55,195 nucleotides of DNA, from IMG/VR virus record IMGVR_UViG_3300037124_000033, positions 1 to 55,195 of that record; one strand, 5' to 3'. Positions within the stretch are counted from its first letter, which is position 1. The number at the start of each line of letters is the position of its first letter. Of the stretch, positions 24,742 to 32,733 are shown piece after piece. A program made the translations under genes and the position numbers. The notes under the pieces are model-generated. The model worked only from the letters and a program-made list of their open reading frames with translations. It ran no database searches and was not told where the DNA came from. The DNA is from a virus. Its lineage: Duplodnaviria; Caudoviricetes.

Positions 24742-25482
24742 GTGGTTAGGAAAGTGAAGCTTCCATCAGACAAGCCGCTCAGTCGGGAGATGGAGCTCGA
24801 GCTGGCGAAGAGATACAAAGAGACAGGAGATAGGCTCGCTGCCCATAGGTTGATTCTGTCGAATACGGGGATGGTGCACAAAGTGGCGCATAGATTCAAG
24901 CGCTACAAGGTGCCGTTTGCCGATTTGGTGCAAGAAGGATACAAGGGGGTGATGCACGGTTTGAAGAAGTTTGACCCCGATAAAGGCTACAGACTGGCAA
25001 CCTACGTCTCGTGGTGGATCCGAGCGTATATGACAAAGTTTATTATCAACCAATGGTCCATCGTGAGATTTGGCACGACACAAGAGCAGAGGGTTTCGTT
25101 TTTCAAGTATCAACGAGGCGACCTCCCAAAAGACGATACTGAGATTAGATTGGCCATGGGGGATTTTCATTTAGATGCCCCATTGTCTGATTCGTCATTG
25201 TTGACCCATATGGATATGCTGAGGTGTGATTCGGCAGAGCCTGACGAGGAAGCGACACTCAATGAAACGCACTTGATATTGAGGTCCACGATCGCAGACA
25301 TGCTAGACTCGATGAGTAGGCACGAGAGGATGTTGATCAGATACAGATTTCTGACTCACAATCCATGGCCGCTAGATAAACTGGCAAAGAAACTAGGCAT
25401 CTCTCGTCAGCGTTTGCATCAAGTCGAAGTGCGGTTAAAGAAAAAACTCAGAGAGCGTCTTGTGCTGGAGGGGTTGGGGTGA
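24742..25482 (+). CDS. RpoH (sigma32)-like RNA polymerase sigma factor
   Basis: DLVQEG..KFDPDKGYRLATYVSWWIRA, RpoH-box-like WSIVRFGTTQEQRVSFF, region 4 LGISRQRLHQVE. Confidence 0.9.
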   Translation: MVRKVKLPSDKPLSREMELELAKRYKETGDRLAAHRLILSNTGMVHKVAHRFKRYKVPFADLVQEGYKGVMHGLKKFDPDKGYRLATYVSWWIRAYMTKFIINQWSIVRFGTTQEQRVSFFKYQRGDLPKDDTEIRLAMGDFHLDAPLSDSSLLTHMDMLRCDSAEPDEEATLNETHLILRSTIADMLDSMSRHERMLIRYRFLTHNPWPLDKLAKKLGISRQRLHQVEVRLKKKLRERLVLEGLG

Positions 25483-25694
25483 CCATTACTGAATTAGAAC
25501 ATGCTGGTGAAAGAAGAATACGACGCAAAACGTGGAACATAAACAGCTACGTTAGGCTGGAAATGATATGGGTCGTTGTTTTCGGGACGCTTGGACCAAA
25601 TGGCGAATATGGCAGGGTTAGAGTTCTTAGGTGTCAGCTACCGAAGGACGACCAGTGGGAACCATATCATGGTGTTGTTAATGAAGACTTTTGA
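25479..25694 (+). CDS. Hypothetical protein
   Basis: GTGA coupling. Confidence 0.5.
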   Translation: MTITELEHAGERRIRRKTWNINSYVRLEMIWVVVFGTLGPNGEYGRVRVLRCQLPKDDQWEPYHGVVNEDF

Positions 25695-25793
25695 GGTTAG
25701 ACATGCCAGAAGCACCAAAACCAAAAGGCTGGAAGCCGGCAAAACCGAACAAGCCACGTAAAACCATCGGTGTAGGATACACCAACAACAAGT

Positions 25794-26093
25794 ATGGAGA
25801 GAACTATGACCAAGTCTTCGGAAAAAAGCATAACCGAATACACGACTCGAAAGGTGAGTGAGATTGTGGCGCTGTACGCCACAATGATTAACGGTCAGCT
25901 AATCAATTCTGATCTCCCAGTTGAGGAGCAAATTGCTGGTGTACTATGTGCTGGCGACATTGTGAAGCAAGCTACATCGATGGTGCTGCTTGACTTGTGC
26001 CAACGTCATGGTGTATCTCCAGCCTGGACACTGAGCGATCAAGATATCAAGAGGTCGGCTGCTCAGTTTGCAGAGAGGATGGTGAGTAAATGA
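25794..26093 (+). CDS. Hypothetical protein
   Basis: Packed ORF. Confidence 0.6.
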   Translation: MERTMTKSSEKSITEYTTRKVSEIVALYATMINGQLINSDLPVEEQIAGVLCAGDIVKQATSMVLLDLCQRHGVSPAWTLSDQDIKRSAAQFAERMVSK

Positions 26094-26407
26094 TCGAATT
26101 ACATAGGACCGCTCCGAACGAGAGCAACGATCCGATCGAGATCGAAGTACACCATCACAAGTATATCCAAGAGGTTCACACACTGGAAGGTGTGTGCTCC
26201 ACGTGTGGAGAAGAGATCAAGACTACTGATCCACAAGCTGTGATGGTCTACGAACAGGGCCACCAAATCAATGGGTCTTGCGCTTGCGGACAGAAGTTTA
26301 CCGCCGCGGGCCGATCGAAGTTGGTCAAACCGAAAGACGTTGGTAGGGTAGTTGTTCCAGGAGTAGTGAATAACCGACATGCAAGACGTAGAATCAAGCC
26401 ATGTTGA
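26090..26407 (+). CDS. Hypothetical zinc-ribbon protein
   Basis: CSTC..CACG; ATGA coupling. Confidence 0.6.
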   Translation: MIELHRTAPNESNDPIEIEVHHHKYIQEVHTLEGVCSTCGEEIKTTDPQAVMVYEQGHQINGSCACGQKFTAAGRSKLVKPKDVGRVVVPGVVNNRHARRRIKPC

Positions 26408-26438
26408 CGTAGCAGTTTCATAGCCGTAAAATACAGGT

Positions 26439-27008
26439 ATGAGTTTCAACAACAAAAATCCCAAAGAGAAAGACAGCTCTCGGCTGAATGCGCGTCGAGA
26501 GAAGTTCTGCGAAGAGATCGTAAAGGGCAAAAGCGGGAAGGATGCCGCCATTGCGGCGGGGTACGCGCCTAGGAATGCTAACAAGTACGCATCTGATCTA
26601 CTACTAAACACAGCGGTTGCGGGCAGAATCAGAGACATGAAGGCGTGCTCGGCGGCAATTGCCGAAGTGGAAGGATCTGACATCGTTCGTGAGTGGGCGA
26701 GGCTTGGGTTCTCCAATATACTTGATGTTGCCGAAGTCGTCGATGGGAAGCTTGTCGTCAAGCCATCTAGCGAATGGCCGAAGGCTGCTGCGCGCGCCGT
26801 TATGGCGGTAACTCAATCCAACGGTAAAGTGCAAGTCAAGATGCATCCTAAGCAAGCAGCTCTCGATTCGATGGGTAGATATTTTGGTCTGTTGACCGAG
26901 CGCCGCAGGAACGAGCTCACTATTGCCGACGGCGAGCCGATGGGTGGGCGTGTTGTTGTTACCTTTGTTGGGGGTAACAACGGCGAGGGTGATGACGGTC
27001 AACATTGA
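26439..27008 (+). CDS. terS: Terminase small subunit
   Basis: EKFCEE..DAAIAAGYA..A...LL; position before TerL. Confidence 0.9.
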   Translation: MSFNNKNPKEKDSSRLNARREKFCEEIVKGKSGKDAAIAAGYAPRNANKYASDLLLNTAVAGRIRDMKACSAAIAEVEGSDIVREWARLGFSNILDVAEVVDGKLVVKPSSEWPKAAARAVMAVTQSNGKVQVKMHPKQAALDSMGRYFGLLTERRRNELTIADGEPMGGRVVVTFVGGNNGEGDDGQH

Positions 27009-28230
27009 GATACCTGAGAAACTCCAGTTTCTATTTGAGCCAAAACGATATAAGGTAGTTTACTCTGGGCGAGGCGCGGGCAAGTCATGGTCCTTTGCTC
27101 GTGTTCTCTTGATCAAGGCAATGGAGAAGCCTCTACGCGTTTTGTGCACGCGTGAGCTGCAGAAATCGATCCGCGAATCGGTACACAAGATATTGAGTAA
27201 ACAGATAAAAATGTTGGGGTTGGGCAATTTCTTTGAGATCCAGAGGACAGTTATCACTGGTAGAAATGGATCTGAATTCATATTCGATGGGTTGAGCGGG
27301 AACATTAACGCGATTCAGTCATATGAGGGTATAAACGTATGCTGGGTAGAAGAAGCACAATCTATCAGCGAATTGAGTTGGGAAATATTGATACCAACGA
27401 TTCGAGAGGAAGGTTCTGAAATATGGGTTAGCTTCAACCCAAATCAAAAAGACGACCCAACTTATAAGATGTTTGTGGCTAATCCCCCGCCTAAGGATGA
27501 AGCTACTGTAGCAAGAATTAGCTGGAGGGATAACAAATGGTTCCCAGAAGCACTCCGTCGCCATCGTAAATACCTATTCAGCGTGGACCCAGAAACTGCT
27601 GCGCATGTGTATGAAGGCGAGACTATACAACGCTCAGCCGCACAGGTCTACAAAGACAAGTGGGTCGTTGAAGCATTCACTCCAGGAGAGGACTGGGCTG
27701 GCCCATACCAGGGGGCCGACTGGGGGGCAGTCCATCCGACTACACTGATTAGATCCTGGGTATACGATGACACCCTATGGATTGAGTATGAAGTGTACTG
27801 TCTTGGTATAGACCTCGACAGTCTTCCGGACAAATTTGACAAAATCCCAAAGGCTCGGCAATACACTACTAGGGCAGATAGTGCGCGTCCCGAAACCATC
27901 AGATACATGAACAACCACGGGTACCCGTTAATTATAGCTGCTCAAAAGTGGCCTGGGTCAGTGGAGGATGGGATAGCGCACATCAGGAGCTACAAGCGGA
28001 TCGTAGTCCACCCAAGGTGCGAACACACTATTGATGAACTTAGGCTGTACTCGTACAAAGTTGTTCAGAAGACAGGCGATGTGTTGCCAGACATTGTCAA
28101 GCTTCACGACGACTGCTTGGACGCTGTTCGTTATGCGTTAGCTCCACTCATCAAAAGCCAAGAGTTTGCGATCGATCCATACATGATGCAACCTGAGCAG
28201 GACAACGAGTGGGAGTCTCATTACTCTTGA
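26992..28230 (+). CDS. terL: Terminase large subunit (PBSX family)
   Basis: SGRGAGKS Walker A, RELQKSIRES, WVEEA, SFNP, ADSARPE, DDCLDAVRY. Confidence 0.96.
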   Translation: MTVNIEIPEKLQFLFEPKRYKVVYSGRGAGKSWSFARVLLIKAMEKPLRVLCTRELQKSIRESVHKILSKQIKMLGLGNFFEIQRTVITGRNGSEFIFDGLSGNINAIQSYEGINVCWVEEAQSISELSWEILIPTIREEGSEIWVSFNPNQKDDPTYKMFVANPPPKDEATVARISWRDNKWFPEALRRHRKYLFSVDPETAAHVYEGETIQRSAAQVYKDKWVVEAFTPGEDWAGPYQGADWGAVHPTTLIRSWVYDDTLWIEYEVYCLGIDLDSLPDKFDKIPKARQYTTRADSARPETIRYMNNHGYPLIIAAQKWPGSVEDGIAHIRSYKRIVVHPRCEHTIDELRLYSYKVVQKTGDVLPDIVKLHDDCLDAVRYALAPLIKSQEFAIDPYMMQPEQDNEWESHYS

Positions 28231-28272
28231 CGAAATAGAGCTCTTCGGTGTAGTCTTATGCTGTACGTACCA

Positions 28273-28369
28273 TGATGGGTCGTCTAAGTGGTAAGGCACG
28301 CTGGTGATAGCGCACGGTTGGACGTGTTAGCGATACCACGAAATGCAGGTTCGAATCCTGCCCCATCAT
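28273..28369 (+). tRNA. tRNA-like RNA with an atypical extended anticodon arm (identity undetermined)
   Basis: Acceptor TGATGGG/CCCATCA; D arm GTCT-AAGTGGTA-AGGC; T arm GCAGG-TTCGAAT-CCTGC; 29 nt replace the 7-nt anticodon loop; upstream TTGACG-18-TAGTCT. Confidence 0.75.
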
Positions 28370-28387
28370 GAAACAAGGAGGCGCAAC

Positions 28388-28576
28388 ATGGATCCTAAAC
28401 CAACGTTCGTCCAATTCGGAGACGGACTACATGGGCACAAGTTAGTATTGACAACGAAACCATTTGCTGATGGTGAGATCAAGCGTTTGATAGACCGAGT
28501 AAAGGAAGATAATGAGAGATTAGCTTCAGCATGGGAGGCATTCTGGCGCTGTTACGAATACCATCGTAATAGCTGA
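28388..28576 (+). CDS. Hypothetical protein
   Basis: AAGGAGG RBS directly after the tRNA-like element. Confidence 0.65.
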   Translation: MDPKPTFVQFGDGLHGHKLVLTTKPFADGEIKRLIDRVKEDNERLASAWEAFWRCYEYHRNS

Positions 28577-28623
28577 AGTCCCTCCCCGGGGTTTCCCCGC
28601 CGCCCCCCATGGCTATCCTATAG

Positions 28624-29508
28624 TTGATGGCCACAACGAAGAGATCTCACGAGCTACTGATAGCTAGGAAAGCCCTCCCGTTCGAGACTGCTATTCAGCG
28701 GTGGATGCTTCGCCGCGCTCGTGATGAGGCAGACAGACAAATCAAAAGCCTTGTCCAGCGCAAAGGCGAGTGGGCGATAGCCAAGTCTCTATGGCAGCCT
28801 GTCCGCAAAGCAGCCCCAATCGACAAAGAACTTCGCGACATCATCTTGAGATTTGGGGCGGCGAGAGCTATGGACGCCAGCGTGACCGCCACCAACATCC
28901 GTGGGCTCAACCGGATCATCGATCCGCAGCGTCTCAGGAACGAGCTCACATCAAAGGAATTTCGACTCAAGGTGTTTACGGCTCTTGGCGAAGATAAATG
29001 GACTGCCGAGCGAGTTCGCGACATATCAGAGTCCACCAAGCGCATGGTTAGGCACCATATCATGCGGTTGCTTCGCGACGCGGCTAGAGAAACTCCGCAG
29101 CCAAGCATGGGGGAGATGGCGAGGAGAATCCGCAGGGCGTATCATGGCGAAGATATAGAGGGTAGAATTTACGCTTGGAGTCCAGAGCGAGCTCAGTTGA
29201 TTGCCAGGACCGAGCTAAATATGGCTGAGAATACTGGAGCTTTTCGTGGCTATGAGCTTATAGATAGGATGTCCAAAGGCACAAAATGGAAACCTATGAA
29301 GCGATGGTTGTCGCATAACGATGCCACTAGAGCTGGTGATCGAAGACACGACAAATTGAATAGGGTCACAATCGATATGGATAAATTTTTCATAACTCCA
29401 CTGGGAAACAAAATGCTCCATCCAGGTGATATGGAACACGCCCCAATCAAAGAACTCGCGAACTGTGGATGCGCTATCCGAGTTGTCATGGTTAAGAGGA
29501 GTCAGTGA
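28624..29508 (+). CDS. Minor head protein (Mu gpF/SPP1 gp7-like)
   Basis: RAQLIARTE, KRWLS, RHDKLN, HPGD..ANCGC. Confidence 0.85.
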   Translation: MMATTKRSHELLIARKALPFETAIQRWMLRRARDEADRQIKSLVQRKGEWAIAKSLWQPVRKAAPIDKELRDIILRFGAARAMDASVTATNIRGLNRIIDPQRLRNELTSKEFRLKVFTALGEDKWTAERVRDISESTKRMVRHHIMRLLRDAARETPQPSMGEMARRIRRAYHGEDIEGRIYAWSPERAQLIARTELNMAENTGAFRGYELIDRMSKGTKWKPMKRWLSHNDATRAGDRRHDKLNRVTIDMDKFFITPLGNKMLHPGDMEHAPIKELANCGCAIRVVMVKRSQ

Positions 29509-31130
29509 TGAGTGTCAATGATGACATGCTTGATGTTGAGACTCTTGAGGATCTAGGTAGTCAGGGCTTTCAACGCTATGGCCGTATAGTCGATGATGAG
29601 TTCGATCCTAATCTGCAAGGATCGAAAGCCATGCGGATGTGGCGGGAGATGGGCGACAATGATCCACTTATCGGCGGCGCACTCAGAGGCATGAAACTAC
29701 TCATCAGGCAAGCACCATGGGTGCCAAAACCAGCTGATGTTAAGAAAGCTGTTGAGGCCGGATATGGCACAAAAGAGAGCTGCGAAAGAGAGGCTAATTC
29801 CTGGAAGGATAGACTCGAAGAATCCATGTATGACATGGAAGTTTCTTGGAGGCAAATCGTCGATGAGCTTATGTCGGCCTTTCAGTACGGGTTCTGTCTC
29901 ATGTGGATCAAATATAAAATCCGCAGAGGAGACAATCAGTCAAAGTATTTCAACAGTCAGTTTGACGATGGATTGTGGGGATGGAGATCTTGGGAGATCC
30001 GCAGACAAGATACCATCGAGGGGTGGATCTATGACGAGACAGACGAGACACTTGTCGCCGCTGAGCAGCTAGCTCCGCCAAACTACAAGCTAGCTAAACT
30101 TCCGATGCACAGGTTGATCCATCTTAGATTTGAAACGTCTGGCGGAAACCCCATGGGAAGGAGTGGTTTGAGGAACAGCTACAGACCGTACTTTTTTGGC
30201 AACAAGAAGGAAGAGATCGAGGGTGTTGGTATATACCGGGATCTTGTTGGATACCCGGTTATGGAAGTTCCTCAGCGTATCATGAGTAAGGCCGCAAACG
30301 CCGACGAGAAAGCCACAAGGACATATCTATTCGATGTAGTTAGAAAGATAAAGCGAGACCAACTAGAAGGAGCTCTAATACCATCGGAAGACAACCCTGA
30401 TGGAACCAAGACAGGATTCAAATTCCGACTGATGAGCTCTGGTGGATCTAGGGCAATCGATATAGATAAAAGCATTGTCAGAAACAGAATAGACAAGTTG
30501 ATTCCGCTACTGTGGGAATTTGCGTTGCTGGGTAATCTAGAGACTGGCAGTAGAGCAGTTGCGTCAGACAAGACAACGATGACTGCGATAGCCTTAGGCG
30601 CATTGATGGACATGATAGTGGAAACTGTAAACAATAGCGCCGTGGCAAGATGGTGCCGACTAAACAATGTTCCAAGAATGCTTTGGCCTGAACTTTCACA
30701 CGGTGATATCGAGAAAGAAAATATCCTCGAGTGGATCAACAGTGTTGCTGCTGCGGCTAATGGCGGCTTGATTGTAGCTACTGACAAGGATGAAGAGGAA
30801 GCTAGAGAAAGGCTTGGTCTTAGTCAACGCGCGCCAGAGGACACTGTTTTGCCTCAGCCACAAAATGGACAAGATATGTTTGGTGGTAGCTACTCGCTAC
30901 AGCCAGTCGAACAAATTGATGATGAAGACGATATTGAAGATAATGATGAAAGTGAAGAGGAAGTATCAGAAATGATGACTGTAGAGGAGGCCGAGAAGAA
31001 ATGGGGAGTCCCTCGAAAGAAGATTATGAGAGCAATCCGGACAGGGAAGTTTCCTGGTGGAAAAATGGGAAACACGTATCTGATACCGCGAGAGGAAGCA
31101 AAACTATTCTTCAGTCAGACAAACACGTAG
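29505..31130 (+). CDS. Portal protein (Mu gp29/DUF935-like) with C-terminal excisionase-like HTH
   Basis: YGFCLMWI, GNPMGRSGLRNSY, GSRAVA; tail MMTVEEAEKKWGVPRKKIMRAIRTGKFPGGKMGNTYLIP. Confidence 0.85.
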   Translation: MMSVNDDMLDVETLEDLGSQGFQRYGRIVDDEFDPNLQGSKAMRMWREMGDNDPLIGGALRGMKLLIRQAPWVPKPADVKKAVEAGYGTKESCEREANSWKDRLEESMYDMEVSWRQIVDELMSAFQYGFCLMWIKYKIRRGDNQSKYFNSQFDDGLWGWRSWEIRRQDTIEGWIYDETDETLVAAEQLAPPNYKLAKLPMHRLIHLRFETSGGNPMGRSGLRNSYRPYFFGNKKEEIEGVGIYRDLVGYPVMEVPQRIMSKAANADEKATRTYLFDVVRKIKRDQLEGALIPSEDNPDGTKTGFKFRLMSSGGSRAIDIDKSIVRNRIDKLIPLLWEFALLGNLETGSRAVASDKTTMTAIALGALMDMIVETVNNSAVARWCRLNNVPRMLWPELSHGDIEKENILEWINSVAAAANGGLIVATDKDEEEARERLGLSQRAPEDTVLPQPQNGQDMFGGSYSLQPVEQIDDEDDIEDNDESEEEVSEMMTVEEAEKKWGVPRKKIMRAIRTGKFPGGKMGNTYLIPREEAKLFFSQTNT

Positions 31131-31237
31131 ACCTAAGTCCAAGATGTTCTCAGTGTAAAAAGCAGCTTGCCCTAATTTTGTCCAGGCCTTGGTGCATCGT
31201 CTGCCCAAGGTGTAAGTCGCAGAATATCTCAGTGTAG
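31001..31237 (+). CDS. Mu Com-like zinc-ribbon protein overlapping the portal 3' end
   Basis: RCSQCKKQLA..IVCPRCKSQN; GGAGG 10 nt before ATG 31001; start uncertain. Confidence 0.55.
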   Translation: MGSPSKEDYESNPDREVSWWKNGKHVSDTARGSKTILQSDKHVDLSPRCSQCKKQLALILSRPWCIVCPRCKSQNISV

Positions 31238-31323
31238 TTGACAGGTAGATTAGCCTGCTTACAATATTGATATCTGAGTGGCCTCCCCCGCACGTGCCCT
31301 GAAGCGGTAGAAGAGGCCAGATA
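31238..31323 (+). promoter_or_regulatory. Promoter plus SD-occluding leader hairpin for the capsid genes
   Basis: TTGACA-16-TACAAT; TGGCCTC (31279-85) pairs with GAGGCCA (31313-19); TATC/GATA closes next to GTG 31324. Confidence 0.6.
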
Positions 31324-32706
31324 GTGCCAGTTGAATGGGACAAATGCATGGCCAAAGATTGGCCTGGCGTCACTAACAAAGAAGCTTTTTGTGCTTGGTT
31401 GACTCATAAACAAACCGGCAAATGGCCCGCAGAGAAAAGCTCATTTTCCCTAAGTCTTCCCGTAGCCAAGTACGATGAGTCTACTGGGAAGGTGACTGGT
31501 TGGGCCGCATTAGCCCGACATGGCGGCCAACCAATCATCGACCATCATGGCGAGCTAATTCTGATTGAGGAGCTTGAGAAAGCTGCTCACAATCTGGTGT
31601 TAGATGGCGGTGCTGGCAAAGCCGGCGAGATGCACGATCGCCGAGTTGGCGATATCGTCGAGTCGATGATCATTACCAAAGAGAGAATGCAAGCTCTTGG
31701 GTATGAGCCTGCCGGGGATCACACAGAGGGCTGGGCAGTGACTATGCAGCTCAAGGACGAGACCGCAAAAGCTAGAGTCAAGTCTGGTGAGCTGCAAGAG
31801 ATGTCCATTTACGGCGCTGCTCAGAAAATCCCTGTTGGTGAGAGGAACGGTCAGATTGTCAAGGCTCTGTTTGATCTGGGCGTTGATGAAATTTCTGTTG
31901 TTGATAAAGGCGCTAGCGGTAACGACAAAGTGTCTCCGAAAATCGTTATCGCGAAAAGAAGAGAGAAGGACGATGACGAGCGCAGTATAGCTGCAAAACT
32001 CGTTGAGCAATTCAAAAAATTTCTTGGCCAGAGCGATGGGGCCGAGACTGGAAAGGCTGAAAACATGCTTACCTTGGATGAAGTGCTTGCCAACATTCCA
32101 GAGGAATACAGGGCTGTTGTTTTGGCAGCTATCGAAGCTGCGAAGAAAGAAGTTTCTACTCCTCAACCACCGGCCGTTCCAGCTCAACCTGTTTCTATGC
32201 AGGCAGATGGCGAGGGTGAGGACGAGAAGAAGAAGGAAGAGGAGCTAATGAAGTCTCTTCCTGAAGAAGTGCGTAAGCGTCTTCAGACGACATCTGAAGA
32301 AGTTGCCAAGCTCAAGAAGGATTTGGCCGACAAGGTCGAGCGTGAAGAAGTAGCGAAGTTTCGATCGAAGGCTGCCGAGCTCAACTATCTTGCCGGGCAA
32401 TCGACTGAAGAGATCGCCAAGACACTTCGTGCCGCTAATAAGGCTTTGACCGAGAAAGAGTATGCGGCGATCGAGAAGCTTCTGAAGAACGCCAATGAAG
32501 TCGTGAAGGGAAGCGACCTATTCAAAGACGCAGGGGCCGCTGGGAACGATACTGATATGAGCGATCCTGAAGCAAAGATTCTGGCAATCGCTAAGAAGCT
32601 TCAAGAGGCGGATCCAAGCTTGTCTGAGTCTCAAGCCGTAAGCAAGGCAATTCAACAGAACCGGGACCTATACGACAAAAGAAACAAGGAATTCTACAAC
32701 AGGTAA
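31324..32706 (+). CDS. Prohead protease (XkdF-like) fused to scaffold
   Basis: IDHHGE..LEKAA..GEMH..VES..GELQEMSIYG, EISVVDKGA; coiled-coil C-terminus. Confidence 0.85.
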   Translation: MPVEWDKCMAKDWPGVTNKEAFCAWLTHKQTGKWPAEKSSFSLSLPVAKYDESTGKVTGWAALARHGGQPIIDHHGELILIEELEKAAHNLVLDGGAGKAGEMHDRRVGDIVESMIITKERMQALGYEPAGDHTEGWAVTMQLKDETAKARVKSGELQEMSIYGAAQKIPVGERNGQIVKALFDLGVDEISVVDKGASGNDKVSPKIVIAKRREKDDDERSIAAKLVEQFKKFLGQSDGAETGKAENMLTLDEVLANIPEEYRAVVLAAIEAAKKEVSTPQPPAVPAQPVSMQADGEGEDEKKKEEELMKSLPEEVRKRLQTTSEEVAKLKKDLADKVEREEVAKFRSKAAELNYLAGQSTEEIAKTLRAANKALTEKEYAAIEKLLKNANEVVKGSDLFKDAGAAGNDTDMSDPEAKILAIAKKLQEADPSLSESQAVSKAIQQNRDLYDKRNKEFYNR

Positions 32707-32733
32707 TTTCTGTTGAAGGAAAGGTGAAAGACG

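Noticed and set aside
28273-28369. tRNA as an attP/integration site
   Set aside because: No integrase is recognisable, there is no duplicated tRNA 3' end and no host flanks are present.
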